Origin: a virus
Taxonomy: Duplodnaviria > Caudoviricetes
Length of the DNA: 64,000 nt
IMG/VR virus record: IMGVR_UViG_3300024259_000011
Strand: one strand, 5' to 3'
Within the stretch, counting starts at the first letter, position 1; the number at the start of each line of letters is the position of its first letter. Under the pieces are notes generated by a model that was not told where the DNA came from, did no database searches, and saw nothing but the letters and a program-made list of their open reading frames with translations. The translations under genes and the position numbers were made by a program. Positions 16,355 to 25,476 of the stretch are shown here, one piece after another.

Positions 16355-16717
16355 TTAATCATTCCCCCGATTGTAGTCATCCTGCAAGCGCACTACATCA
16401 TCAATCTCCGGAGTGCTGACCTCGATTAGTGTCACGTCTTCTTTGTCGGCGCAATAACGATGAATCATTCCGCTTCCGATGTGCTGGCTGTCTCCCTCAT
16501 TTAGTACCACCTTGATTCCAGTCTCCGTCTTGACGTGCTGGTGGTGCGGTCCTATCTCTAGCAACAGCGATCCCTTGAGGACATATATAGTCTCGTCCTT
16601 TACGACATGATACTGAAGGGAGAGTCTATGCCCTGCATTGATGTGCAGAATCTTTCCCAAATAGTTGTCGGTGATTGCCCAACGATCTTCATAGCCCCAA
16701 GGCTTATCTACTCTCAT
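16355..16717 (-). CDS. Cupin protein (mannose-6-phosphate isomerase type II C-terminal-like)
   Basis: MRVDKPWG...LSLQYH..KDET....G...H; DDVVRLQDDY. Confidence 0.75.
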   Translation of the reverse strand: MRVDKPWGYEDRWAITDNYLGKILHINAGHRLSLQYHVVKDETIYVLKGSLLLEIGPHHQHVKTETGIKVVLNEGDSQHIGSGMIHRYCADKEDVTLIEVSTPEIDDVVRLQDDYNRGND

Positions 16718-16718
16718 A

Positions 16719-17069
16719 CTATCTCCAAAATAGCTGCACACCCATAATGCAGCAGGACAAGCCGATGCAGATCATCGTCTTGGTTGTGAACATGCTTTCG
16801 TTCAAAAGCAAGTAGGTTAATATTGGGAACACAAAATACGATGCTGCGAAGCCCATGAATCTGCCCGACCATGCCTCTCCAGTCTCTTCAAAGATATAGC
16901 GTGTCGCCATCCAGAAACTGAGCCCAACAGGGATAGAGTAGATGCCAACAGCAAGCAAAGGCTTGTCCTTCCACCATTCCCACGCAAACTGAGAGTTTAG
17001 CTGAAACCATGCACAGATGTGTCCAACGATAAAAAAGCAAATGCCGTAGAAAAAGTTAATGTTAGGCAT
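16719..17069 (-). CDS. Four-TM membrane protein (DMT/SMR-like)
   Basis: Four hydrophobic segments in 116 aa. Confidence 0.65.
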   Translation of the reverse strand: MPNINFFYGICFFIVGHICAWFQLNSQFAWEWWKDKPLLAVGIYSIPVGLSFWMATRYIFEETGEAWSGRFMGFAASYFVFPILTYLLLNESMFTTKTMICIGLSCCIMGVQLFWR

Positions 17070-17529
17070 TGTTGCTCCATTTCAAATACTTGTATAGTGC
17101 GCTCGTAACCATCGAGTGCCACAGCTTGTCGTCGATTGGAATCTGAAAGTCTGAAGCTATCTCTAAGCCCTTCTCCCATGCCATCACCTCTTCTCTGAGG
17201 GTATCGATCTTGTGTGCTCGGGTCGCTCTTTTGCTGTTCAAGACTGCAGCCGGATAGCGACGAGCATGCTCCACCTCGCACTCGCGCAGAAGCACATGCC
17301 CTGTCTCATGCAGCAGCATATATAACTGTCTTTCGAGAGTTACACGGTTGTCAACTATAATAAAGTCGCCGGGAATAATGGATCGCTTACTGTGAAATAG
17401 TGCGGTTTCGCCGTCGTGTTCAAAAACAACAGGCAACCCATATTCGATATCTAGAAAGACTACAACCCTATCAATGTATTCTCTGATATCACTTTTTTCT
17501 TTTTTTGCTGCATTCATGACAGTCTTCAT
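17062..17529 (-). CDS. HExxH metallopeptidase-like protein (ImmA/IrrE-like)
   Basis: LLHETGH plus downstream EE..AW. Confidence 0.6.
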   Translation of the reverse strand: MKTVMNAAKKEKSDIREYIDRVVVFLDIEYGLPVVFEHDGETALFHSKRSIIPGDFIIVDNRVTLERQLYMLLHETGHVLLRECEVEHARRYPAAVLNSKRATRAHKIDTLREEVMAWEKGLEIASDFQIPIDDKLWHSMVTSALYKYLKWSNNA

Positions 17530-17779
17530 CTTCCAATCCTAGGTGATCTTTCAAGTCGTTGAAGCCACCAATGACTTCTTCATCCCCATTTATATCGCAT
17601 TTAACAACCAATGGTAAAGTTGGCCAACGATATTTCTTGCCGACAAAAACCTGCATCTCTGGGCTTTTATCCAGAAAGGTTAATGCATACTCATAGCCAG
17701 AACGGTCTAGCTGTTTTACAGCTTCGATAGCGTAGGGGTCGTGACCCGTGCCATACACATGATAAAACAAAATAGACAT
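17489..17779 (-). CDS. Glutaredoxin-fold protein lacking CxxC
   Basis: DPYA at the CPYC position, WPTLP (cis-Pro), IGGFNDL. Confidence 0.55.
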   Translation of the reverse strand: MSILFYHVYGTGHDPYAIEAVKQLDRSGYEYALTFLDKSPEMQVFVGKKYRWPTLPLVVKCDINGDEEVIGGFNDLKDHLGLEDEDCHECSKKRKK

Positions 17780-17781
17780 CG

Positions 17782-18075
17782 TTATCCCTGCAGGAGAGCC
17801 TTCGTCTGAATACTAAGTTTGGTCTCGATGGTGCCGATACCGCCCACAACCACAATGTCCAAGCCTCCGTGTCCACGATTCATTTGAATCTTGGTGAACT
17901 CTTGGCGCTCATCTAAGCCATCAGGCAGGATGCCTTCTTTGAGCAAAGATGTCGCACGGTGGTCTGGTCTAAGGCACACTACATAGTCTGGGTTGACAAC
18001 AACCTCGCGCAGCGTCCACTTTCCGCTCTTCTGGGTGGGCTGTTCATACAACTCCACCAGTTTAATTCCTTTCAT
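17782..18075 (-). CDS. Hypothetical protein
   Basis: 97 aa, coupled to neighbours. Confidence 0.7.
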   Translation of the reverse strand: MKGIKLVELYEQPTQKSGKWTLREVVVNPDYVVCLRPDHRATSLLKEGILPDGLDERQEFTKIQMNRGHGGLDIVVVGGIGTIETKLSIQTKALLQG

Positions 18076-18308
18076 TTCTCCTCCGGTGTGTAGGGATAGA
18101 CGTGGGCTTTCTTCACCAACATCCTGCGCCCTTTAATAAAAAGTTTAAGTCCCGCATCGGCTTCTTCCAAGAAGATTCCTGTTGTCGGTGCCTCAGTCAC
18201 CAAGACGTTCCCAGAGCCCCAGTGCCACAACTGGACATCCTGCGGAATATAGACCAGATCGCCGTGGGCGAACTGTTCGCTATCCGGTTTCTGGTGTTTC
18301 GTCTTCAT
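18072..18308 (-). CDS. SH3/KOW-like miniprotein (FAHGDLVY)
   Basis: GDLVYI...GIFL...KLF...VYP. Confidence 0.6.
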   Translation of the reverse strand: MKTKHQKPDSEQFAHGDLVYIPQDVQLWHWGSGNVLVTEAPTTGIFLEEADAGLKLFIKGRRMLVKKAHVYPYTPEEK

Positions 18309-18576
18309 TCATTTTTCCCTGAATAGCGTTGTTGTAACCTGACAGCAGCGAGGCTGCATCCTCAAGCCGCTGGTCGATGCGTGCAAGGCTCTGGCGAGTC
18401 TTATCAATAAGTTCCAGAATTTCTTCGCCCTTCAACTGATCCTTTACTGTAACGTCGTCGATATTGGCTACGTGATTGGACAGGAAAAGCAAAGACTTGC
18501 CGCTCTCTCTCATAAATTCAGTAATCAAGTCGGGAATGTTCTCCAACTCTTCTGAATAAGTAATGTTAACTCTCAT
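18280..18576 (-). CDS. Hypothetical coiled-coil protein
   Basis: 98 aa, GGAG RBS. Confidence 0.7.
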   Translation of the reverse strand: MRVNITYSEELENIPDLITEFMRESGKSLLFLSNHVANIDDVTVKDQLKGEEILELIDKTRQSLARIDQRLEDAASLLSGYNNAIQGKMNEDETPETG

Positions 18577-18599
18577 CTATACTCCAATAGATACTGTTG

Positions 18600-18929
18600 T
18601 TAGCTGCCGGAAACGATCATTCCCCAAATGCTATTCATCACCAGCGCAATAGTCAAGCTAACGATTGACCATGTGATCTTGGTGTTTGCTGCCTTCCAAG
18701 TCTCTAGCTGTTGGACCCGCGCCTCCAACTGAGCATGGCGGGCATACAAGCCCTGATCGGGGTTGTACATGGCTTCTTTGATCATAGAAATGTCATCAGC
18801 CGCTTCACTGATGTCGGACTTGATCCCGTCGATGCCGCTGCTAAGCAGATCGATCTTGGAACTCAAAGTCGCCATCGACTGGTTCAGTTCAAGCATTGTG
18901 ATCACATTTTCGGAAATATCTGGAGCCAT
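18600..18929 (-). CDS. Coiled-coil protein with C-terminal TM (holin/XhlA-like candidate)
   Basis: Heptad region then ITWSIVSLTIALVMNSIWGMIV. Confidence 0.55.
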   Translation of the reverse strand: MAPDISENVITMLELNQSMATLSSKIDLLSSGIDGIKSDISEAADDISMIKEAMYNPDQGLYARHAQLEARVQQLETWKAANTKITWSIVSLTIALVMNSIWGMIVSGS

Positions 18930-18939
18930 AGTACTTTAA

Positions 18940-20529
18940 TTAGTCCGATGTTTCGATTACCGCGTGACTGGTTGTAAATAAAGTGCCGGCTGCTGATGCT
19001 GCATTCTGCAACGCACAACGGGTGACCTTCACAGGGTCAATCACGCCAGACTCTACCATCTTTGTCAGCTTGCCAGTGTGAAAATCCCAGCCCTCATCAG
19101 GTGAAGCTGCACGGATCTTATCACAAATCAAATCAGGGCTTTCCCCTGCATTCACTGCCATCTGTCTAAGCGGGGCATGCACTGCAGCCTTTATGATCTC
19201 AATCCCACAGCGCTGCTCTTCGTTGTCAGCGTCAATCTTCAATGCTGCTGCTGCGCGAATAAGCGCTACGCCTCCGCCGGGTACAATGCCCTCTTGCTGC
19301 GCAGATCTTACTGCCTCTAGCGCATCTTCGATCCGATAACGCTTTTCAGTCATCTCGATCTCGGTGGCTGCGCCCACTCGGATCACAGCAACGCCGCTAG
19401 CGAGCCTAGTAATGCGCTCCTGCAGCTTCTCGCATTCGTGAATGGAATCAGTTACCGATAGTTCTGCCTTAAGGTTCTCAATCTGTTCCTCGATCTTGGC
19501 ATAGTCGCCTTCACCGCCGGCAACAGTCGTGCCGCCCTTGGTAATCTCGATAGTCTTGCAAGAGCCTAAGTGCTCCAAGGTTACTCCCTCCGGAGACAAG
19601 CCCTTGGAAATAGTAATGAAGGTCGCGCCTACAGATAGTGCCAAGTCCTGCATGATGTTTAGCCGATCCTCGCCATAGCGGGGTGCCTTCACTGCTGCAA
19701 CCTTGATTCCTGAGTTCATTTCCTGACGGCGAATAGCGTTCATGACCAACGCAGCCAATGCCTGACCCTCTACTTCGTCTGCAACAACAATCAATGGACG
19801 GCTGCTGCGGTCTGCGATCTCAAGCACAGGCAACAACTCATCCACTCGCTCAATCTTGGCATCGGTTACCATAATAAGTGGATTTTCATATCGAACTTGC
19901 CTGCGGCGAGAGTCTGTGATGAAAGCGGTGGCTACATATCCAGAAGCAAATCGGAAGCCTTCAATCAGATCCAAGCTTGTCTCTAAGCTCCGCGCTTCTT
20001 CGACAGTCACAGCCCCATCTTTGCCGACGCTATCGACTGCAGTTGCCACCAGTTCGCCCAACGTGCGATCATTGTTGGCAGAAATGGTCGCGACGTGAGC
20101 AATATCTTCCTTGCTCTTAATCGGCTGAGCCATGTCCTGAAGGTTAATAACTACTGCAGCTACTGCCTTGTCCATACCGCGCTTCAACTCAATTGGCGAC
20201 ATGCCTGAGGCAAGATAGCGCTGAGATTGTTCTAGAATCTCACGCGCAAGAACAGTTGCAGTTGTAGTCCCATCGCCGGCTGAAGAATTTGTTTGTGAAG
20301 ACGCTTGTTTAATGATCTGCGCTCCAACATTCTCAAACGGATCGTCCAGTTCTACGTGTTTCGCTACAGTCACGCCATCCTTGGTGATGATGGGGGTGCC
20401 GCCGGCGGTCTGTAGGATTACATTCCTGCCTCTCGGTCCCAAAGTTGCTGCTGTATAATCAGCCAGCAGGTTTACGCCATTCATAATCTTCTGGCTTAAG
20501 CCCACACCATTGTTGTACTCTTTAGACAA
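18940..20529 (-). CDS. groEL: Group I chaperonin GroEL
   Basis: TLGPRGRNV, ITKDGVTVA, AGDGTTTATV, RIEDAL, GIVPGGG, VIDPVKVTR; TTG start. Confidence 0.95.
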   Translation of the reverse strand: MSKEYNNGVGLSQKIMNGVNLLADYTAATLGPRGRNVILQTAGGTPIITKDGVTVAKHVELDDPFENVGAQIIKQASSQTNSSAGDGTTTATVLAREILEQSQRYLASGMSPIELKRGMDKAVAAVVINLQDMAQPIKSKEDIAHVATISANNDRTLGELVATAVDSVGKDGAVTVEEARSLETSLDLIEGFRFASGYVATAFITDSRRRQVRYENPLIMVTDAKIERVDELLPVLEIADRSSRPLIVVADEVEGQALAALVMNAIRRQEMNSGIKVAAVKAPRYGEDRLNIMQDLALSVGATFITISKGLSPEGVTLEHLGSCKTIEITKGGTTVAGGEGDYAKIEEQIENLKAELSVTDSIHECEKLQERITRLASGVAVIRVGAATEIEMTEKRYRIEDALEAVRSAQQEGIVPGGGVALIRAAAALKIDADNEEQRCGIEIIKAAVHAPLRQMAVNAGESPDLICDKIRAASPDEGWDFHTGKLTKMVESGVIDPVKVTRCALQNAASAAGTLFTTSHAVIETSD

Positions 20530-20554
20530 TACACACCTCTTGTTTATATTCTAT

Positions 20555-20583
20555 ATTATAACCCAACTTAGCAGGGTTGTCAA
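20555..20583 (-). promoter_or_regulatory. Consensus sigma70 promoter upstream of groEL
   Basis: TTGACA-17 bp-TATAAT, perfect match. Confidence 0.85.
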
Positions 20584-20589
20584 ATGTTA

Positions 20590-22326
20590 TTATTCACTAT
20601 CGGAAGAAATATCTTCTTCAAGCGACTGCTTAACCACCTCTGCATCACTCATCGCTTCTTGACCGTGAGTAATCGCGGTACTGCGCTGGCGTGATGAAAA
20701 GTATTCACCGATATTTGTGGTGAGGTTCTGTACACCGTCAAGAAGGTTTGCAACGCGACCCTCAAGGGTCTTCGCATAGATCTCAGCGATGGCATCAAAT
20801 CTTGACGCTGTGAAGTCTAGACTCCCATGACCTTGCAGGTTAATAGTGCCGCCTAGATTTTGAATCATCTTGAAGGACACTTCCCACTGTGAAGGATCAT
20901 CCGCTCGACCCTCTGCCAACACGCGCTCTTCTTCCATAAGGATTTTTTCACGCTGGTAGAAGGTTAATGATTCAGACAATTCCATTGGCTCTTCTTCTTC
21001 TGCGGGAACATCTGGTGGGATGTCACCATCGCGAGCAGCATCAGCTATCGATTTGTGGAGCATCCCTCGCTTAGTGTAGCCGGGAGCCTGTGTGATGATA
21101 GCCGCGATTTGTGCCCTGTCTCCTGACTTGATGGCAGCGTTAAGCTCATCGAGAGAAACGTCGCCCAGCAGCATGCGAGTCTTCTTAGAGCCTCCAGCGA
21201 TGAATTCTGGCAAGTTCTCTCTCGTAATGTCGAACTCCCAGATCTCTAGCGCGCCAACAGCGCCGGACTCTTCCTTTGTTTTATATGCCACAAGGTATTT
21301 GATGGCAGGCTCGCCACGTACGAACAAAAAGTCCACAAGGTTAGTAAAGCTTCCTTTAACACCCGTGCTCTTACCCAGCAGCTTGAGGCTCACTGGAATG
21401 TTCTTGCCGCCATACTGACTGAAGGCAACGAAGTCTTCAATGGGCAGTGTGCCCTTGACTCGTCCAGCCTCCTGATGCCCGCCGGTTAGCGCAGCCATGA
21501 ACGCTTCAAATACGAAGCCGGCTGATGACTCATTGAAGTGGTTCATTGCAGCTTTAAGGCTCTCGATAATAATCATTGTGTTGATGATAACTCGGGGGCT
21601 GGTCCTGCGCTTCGCCTTCGCTGGGTCGAGGAATTCGTTAAGGTATTGGATTCGACCTGCGATAGAAGTGCCGCCGCGAACAACCTTAAAGATATTGTTT
21701 ACCTGTTCCCGATCCATGTGTTCTGGGTTTCCCCATGCCTCGGTGGGCGTGTACTTGGGAAGTGATAGCACAAACTTTTGACCAGCAGTCTGCTCTTCGT
21801 TCATCCGCTCCATTCCTCGGGCGGTCTGCATTGTCTGTTGACTAAGCAAAGCCTTTAGCTCATCTCCGTCCATGCCACTGTCTGCCAATAGACGAATAGC
21901 CTCCATCATATCGGAGTCTACACCCACAAGCAGAAGCTGACGATAAATCGCGCTCCATTGTTCAGGAGTTAGGCGACCTTCATTCATAGCCATCTGCGGA
22001 CTTCCCTTGTCCCCAAGACCCTGTGGGTTTGAGAAGTGAAGCATCACGGAGTCCACCATCGCAACGTCAGGTTCGCCCATGATCTCTGCGACGACGCGCT
22101 CGATTGTTGCACGGTCGCCCTCCATGCCAACTGGCACATGAGTGGCAATCATCTCAGGGTTAATGTTCTGATCAAACCCTGCGGGATCTGAAGCCGCTGC
22201 GATATCGGGATATGAATCTCCGATAGTCTCTTCGATCATCTCGACCAACATCTCTAAGTTTAATGCTGGCGCCTTTGCTGTATTGAAATACTGCTCAACT
22301 AGCAGGTCTAAATCTTTCTTGCTCAT
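20590..22326 (-). CDS. Acidic late protein with central PD-(D/E)xK-like segment
   Basis: AGFVFEAFMA...PIEDFV...PVSLKLL resembles the restriction-endonuclease core; ACTAATTA motif upstream. Confidence 0.55.
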   Translation of the reverse strand: MSKKDLDLLVEQYFNTAKAPALNLEMLVEMIEETIGDSYPDIAAASDPAGFDQNINPEMIATHVPVGMEGDRATIERVVAEIMGEPDVAMVDSVMLHFSNPQGLGDKGSPQMAMNEGRLTPEQWSAIYRQLLLVGVDSDMMEAIRLLADSGMDGDELKALLSQQTMQTARGMERMNEEQTAGQKFVLSLPKYTPTEAWGNPEHMDREQVNNIFKVVRGGTSIAGRIQYLNEFLDPAKAKRRTSPRVIINTMIIIESLKAAMNHFNESSAGFVFEAFMAALTGGHQEAGRVKGTLPIEDFVAFSQYGGKNIPVSLKLLGKSTGVKGSFTNLVDFLFVRGEPAIKYLVAYKTKEESGAVGALEIWEFDITRENLPEFIAGGSKKTRMLLGDVSLDELNAAIKSGDRAQIAAIITQAPGYTKRGMLHKSIADAARDGDIPPDVPAEEEEPMELSESLTFYQREKILMEEERVLAEGRADDPSQWEVSFKMIQNLGGTINLQGHGSLDFTASRFDAIAEIYAKTLEGRVANLLDGVQNLTTNIGEYFSSRQRSTAITHGQEAMSDAEVVKQSLEEDISSDSE

Positions 22327-22333
22327 GCTCTAA

Positions 22334-23269
22334 TTAGTCTCCGATTTCTTCTTTTGCTTCATCAAGTAGCTTACAAATGTCTAAACCTGCACAATCAATC
22401 TTGCGGCTGGTCAAGTGATAGTGGCTGACGAATCCCTTGAAGGTACCTCGGGAAGCTTTGCTGTCAACTGTTGTACTGGTTCCGTGCTCATCTTCCGGTG
22501 TCTCCAACGGGATGCCGATGCCCTTGTGGATAGCTTTCCACAACGCTTTCAGTGCTTCAATCTGTACCGGATAAAAGTCGGTGAAAGGCTTGAGCTTGCT
22601 GCCGTGAACCCATGCGCCGTCCTGTATGGGTCGCTCGCCAAAACCATTCTTCTTATACCAAGCTTGATACTTAGGGTAGTACGCATTGCTGATCTCGACA
22701 CCGACAGACCTATGGTTGACCTTGCCGATGCCCGCGTGCCATGCGCCGTGTTGCGTATCTAATAGCTGATAGATCGTGCCATCGTTATCGATGCAGAAGT
22801 GTACCGAAATGCCGCGACGGGCTAATACGTTTGCACAGGACTCTGAAGACAGACAGACATCCCAATGATTGACGAACATGGTCGGCTCGCGATCTGGCTT
22901 GCCGGCATAACTATAATAAGTGCCTCTCTTTGTTCCCAGTCCATCCGGGTCATCCCAGAGTACTACCTTCTGCCAGTCAATCTCCAAGAACTTGCCATTA
23001 TGAACGATGTATTTCTTATCATCACAGCCATCATCTCCCCTTAAGTAAGGAGAACTGTATGGAATATGGTCAGAGATATCAGCTTCGCGCTCAGTCCAGA
23101 CACGCCGGAAGGTCATTGGTCCAACCAGACCATCCGCTGTGAGTCCGTTATCTTTCTGCCATTTCTTAATAGCAGCAACTAGATCATCATCATTGTAGTC
23201 ACAGCCAAACCACGAAGGCTCCCAGCCTAGGGAGTCTTGCGAAGACTTGTTGTAGAATACCTTGTCCAT
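22334..23269 (-). CDS. Endolysin: peptidoglycan-binding domain plus N-acetylmuramoyl-L-alanine amidase
   Basis: IKKWQKDNGLTADGLVGPMT (PG-binding), VNHW, SVHFCID.DG, AWHAG, SVGVEI, SH...K.DC. Confidence 0.9.
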   Translation of the reverse strand: MDKVFYNKSSQDSLGWEPSWFGCDYNDDDLVAAIKKWQKDNGLTADGLVGPMTFRRVWTEREADISDHIPYSSPYLRGDDGCDDKKYIVHNGKFLEIDWQKVVLWDDPDGLGTKRGTYYSYAGKPDREPTMFVNHWDVCLSSESCANVLARRGISVHFCIDNDGTIYQLLDTQHGAWHAGIGKVNHRSVGVEISNAYYPKYQAWYKKNGFGERPIQDGAWVHGSKLKPFTDFYPVQIEALKALWKAIHKGIGIPLETPEDEHGTSTTVDSKASRGTFKGFVSHYHLTSRKIDCAGLDICKLLDEAKEEIGD

Positions 23270-23277
23270 TCAAAACC

Positions 23278-23925
23278 TCAAACAATAATGTCCGCGATAC
23301 CGTACTCAACCGCTTCTGTGGCTGAGAGATATACATTGACCTTTCTCTCCAACAATCTCTTAAGAGTTCGCTTGGTTAGGTTAGTCTCTCGGACGAGGGC
23401 ATTGACATAGTTTTCTTGAGAGTTTCTAATCTCGTCCATTTCATTTTCTAGATTATGGAGCGAGCCATGGTTTCCGCCGATGACCGAATGGATCATTACA
23501 CGGCAGTTGGCACCGATCTTGCGCTTGCCCTTGGAGCCGGCTGCTAGCAATAGAACGCCAGCAGACATCACCTTTCCTAATCCGAATGTGTGGATCTCGC
23601 AATCCTTCTGGATCATACGCATTACATCGTAGAGAGCGAACATATCGTCGGCGCTGCCGCCGTACGTGGAGATGATAAACTCCATTGGCTCCCATTCTTC
23701 CTGTCCCTCTTCCCCAGACTTGCCTGAGTTGTGGAGGACCAGCAAGCCGCTTAGGGTCTCGCGGGACTTGCGTTCATCGATGTCTCCGTAAAGACCTACG
23801 ACGCGCATCTCCTCATCGGGCTCCATGCCCAAGGCAGCGGCTAGCTGCTCTGCGGTCAGGTCATTGCCTGACTCCTCTTCTTCTTCTTCTTTCTTCTCTG
23901 CTTCTTTTTTGGGCGACATCAACAT
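23278..23925 (-). CDS. clpP: ClpP-like serine protease, copy 1
   Basis: ISTYGG, GKVMSAG (Ser), RVMIH (His), LSATEAVEYGIAD. Confidence 0.85.
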   Translation of the reverse strand: MLMSPKKEAEKKEEEEEESGNDLTAEQLAAALGMEPDEEMRVVGLYGDIDERKSRETLSGLLVLHNSGKSGEEGQEEWEPMEFIISTYGGSADDMFALYDVMRMIQKDCEIHTFGLGKVMSAGVLLLAAGSKGKRKIGANCRVMIHSVIGGNHGSLHNLENEMDEIRNSQENYVNALVRETNLTKRTLKRLLERKVNVYLSATEAVEYGIADIIV

Positions 23926-24293
23926 TATAACTTCCTTCTGTTTTCTTCAAAATGCTTGACCGCTCCCTCCCAATCAGAAAACTTTACGAACTGTTTCCTA
24001 TATGTGGTCGGGAAGCTGGCTAAGTAATTATCTATTGCTGCCTTTTTCCACCGACCAAATTCGTAATCATCCATATTTTTTTGGCGGATAATGGTAGCTT
24101 TATCTTCTGCATCTTCTAACTTCTTATACTTCAATGCTCTGAAGAACTCTATGTCTTCGGTCGCTGATATCATCAACTTTAATGATTGTAGTCCGACTCT
24201 TTCGACGAACATACCCATCCGACCTACGGTCATTAGGTTCGTTATAGCACAGCCTACCAGATACCCGATAAGTCCGCCTAGTGCATACTCCAT
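23925..24293 (-). CDS. Hypothetical protein with N-terminal hydrophobic segment
   Basis: 122 aa, GGAG upstream. Confidence 0.65.
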   Translation of the reverse strand: MEYALGGLIGYLVGCAITNLMTVGRMGMFVERVGLQSLKLMISATEDIEFFRALKYKKLEDAEDKATIIRQKNMDDYEFGRWKKAAIDNYLASFPTTYRKQFVKFSDWEGAVKHFEENRRKL

Positions 24294-24314
24294 TGCAACT
24301 CCATTTTTAAATAC

Positions 24315-24353
24315 AACACTACCCTATAGCATACACTATAGGGCAGCAGTGTT
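24315..24353. other. Intergenic hairpin (AACACT..CCCTATAG/CTATAGGG..AGTGTT)
   Basis: 8-bp perfect inner stem plus 6-bp outer stem; terminator, processing site or operator not resolved. Confidence 0.45.
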
Positions 24354-24385
24354 AAAGCAAAATAATATTATTAGTTTTTGGCATT

Positions 24386-24883
24386 TCAGCCCTTGCGGGA
24401 CTTACTTGCCGCTACAAGGCGCTTCGCAACTCGGCGGGCTACCTCATTAATCATTGCCTCGTCTTCAGCGATAGAGACGCCAGCATCTGCAAGCTCTTGC
24501 ATAAGGGGCTCTTCCTCTTCTGGGGGAAGTTCTTCATCACCTGCGACTGGTGCCATTTCTTCGCCGTCGAGTTCTTCCTCTTCCTCACCACCTTCCATAC
24601 TGACATCTGCGCCCTGCTTCTGCAGTGCTGCTACAATGTCGGAAACTAGCTCGGTCGGATCGACCTCAACAGTCTCGCCCATTTCTTCTTCGGGCATCTC
24701 TTCATCTGGTCCTTCGTCGCCGGGGAATTCTTCTTCTCCAGCCATGGGATCGGGACCACCTAGTTCCATTTCTTCTTCACCTAACTCAGTCAAAAACTGA
24801 TCGGTAAACTTTGATTCAATTTCAGCTAGCCGCATAAACCTGCGAGTAACTGACTCTTTTAAAATTAGCTTCTTTTTGCTCAT
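24386..24883 (-). CDS. Very acidic late protein (scaffold/internal-head-like)
   Basis: LKESVTRRFMRLAE N-terminus, E/D-rich core, C-terminal NEVARRVAKRL helix; AGGAG RBS. Confidence 0.6.
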   Translation of the reverse strand: MSKKKLILKESVTRRFMRLAEIESKFTDQFLTELGEEEMELGGPDPMAGEEEFPGDEGPDEEMPEEEMGETVEVDPTELVSDIVAALQKQGADVSMEGGEEEEELDGEEMAPVAGDEELPPEEEEPLMQELADAGVSIAEDEAMINEVARRVAKRLVAASKSRKG

Positions 24884-24955
24884 CTCGTATAATCTCCTAA
24901 TAATATATTATATGAAGGCTTCGATAATAAATAGTCTATTCAATGTTAAACGGCG

Positions 24956-25210
24956 TCATCTATTAAATAAAAAGTCTTTCAAGTATTTAGCGCGGAGAGA
25001 GATCTTCTCTAAAGCACGCTTCTCGACCTGCTGTATTCTGGCTGGCGTGTACTTTAATCTTTTGCCGACCTCTTCCAAAGTCATGTTACCATGTTTATAA
25101 ACTGCCACTAAGGTACAGTTCAGGTCGCCTGTATAATCTATCCATAATCGACATTCTTTCTGTTTGCATTTTTTATTTTTTTGGAGACACGTTCTTGCGC
25201 AGCGCCTCAT
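24956..25210 (-). CDS. Cys-rich protein with sigma70 region-4-like HTH
   Basis: MTLEEVGKRLKYTPARIQQVEKRALEKI matches region 4.2; five Cys in the N-terminal part. Confidence 0.75.
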   Translation of the reverse strand: MRRCARTCLQKNKKCKQKECRLWIDYTGDLNCTLVAVYKHGNMTLEEVGKRLKYTPARIQQVEKRALEKISLRAKYLKDFLFNR

Positions 25211-25476
25211 CTCGCCTCATCCATCACATTTGCTGACGCAATCATGGCAGCATGAATCTTGGAGATTTCTTCGTATCCTTTTATCACAGTTACATGGTCA
25301 CAGCGGAACCACCCATCCTCTATCTCCGGAGGCAGGGGTGTCGTAAACTTCACCTTATGCCAACGCCACGGAGGTAGGGCGCTGGTGCGCCGTAGTTCTG
25401 ATTCCACAATAATCCCATAATAGCCCGGGCTGCTCTTGCGATTCCACAACACGATGTTTCCTAATTCATAACTCAT
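25207..25476 (-). CDS. SH3/KOW-like protein (YELGNIVLW)
   Basis: GNIVLW...YGIIVE...KVKF pattern. Confidence 0.6.
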   Translation of the reverse strand: MSYELGNIVLWNRKSSPGYYGIIVESELRRTSALPPWRWHKVKFTTPLPPEIEDGWFRCDHVTVIKGYEEISKIHAAMIASANVMDEAR

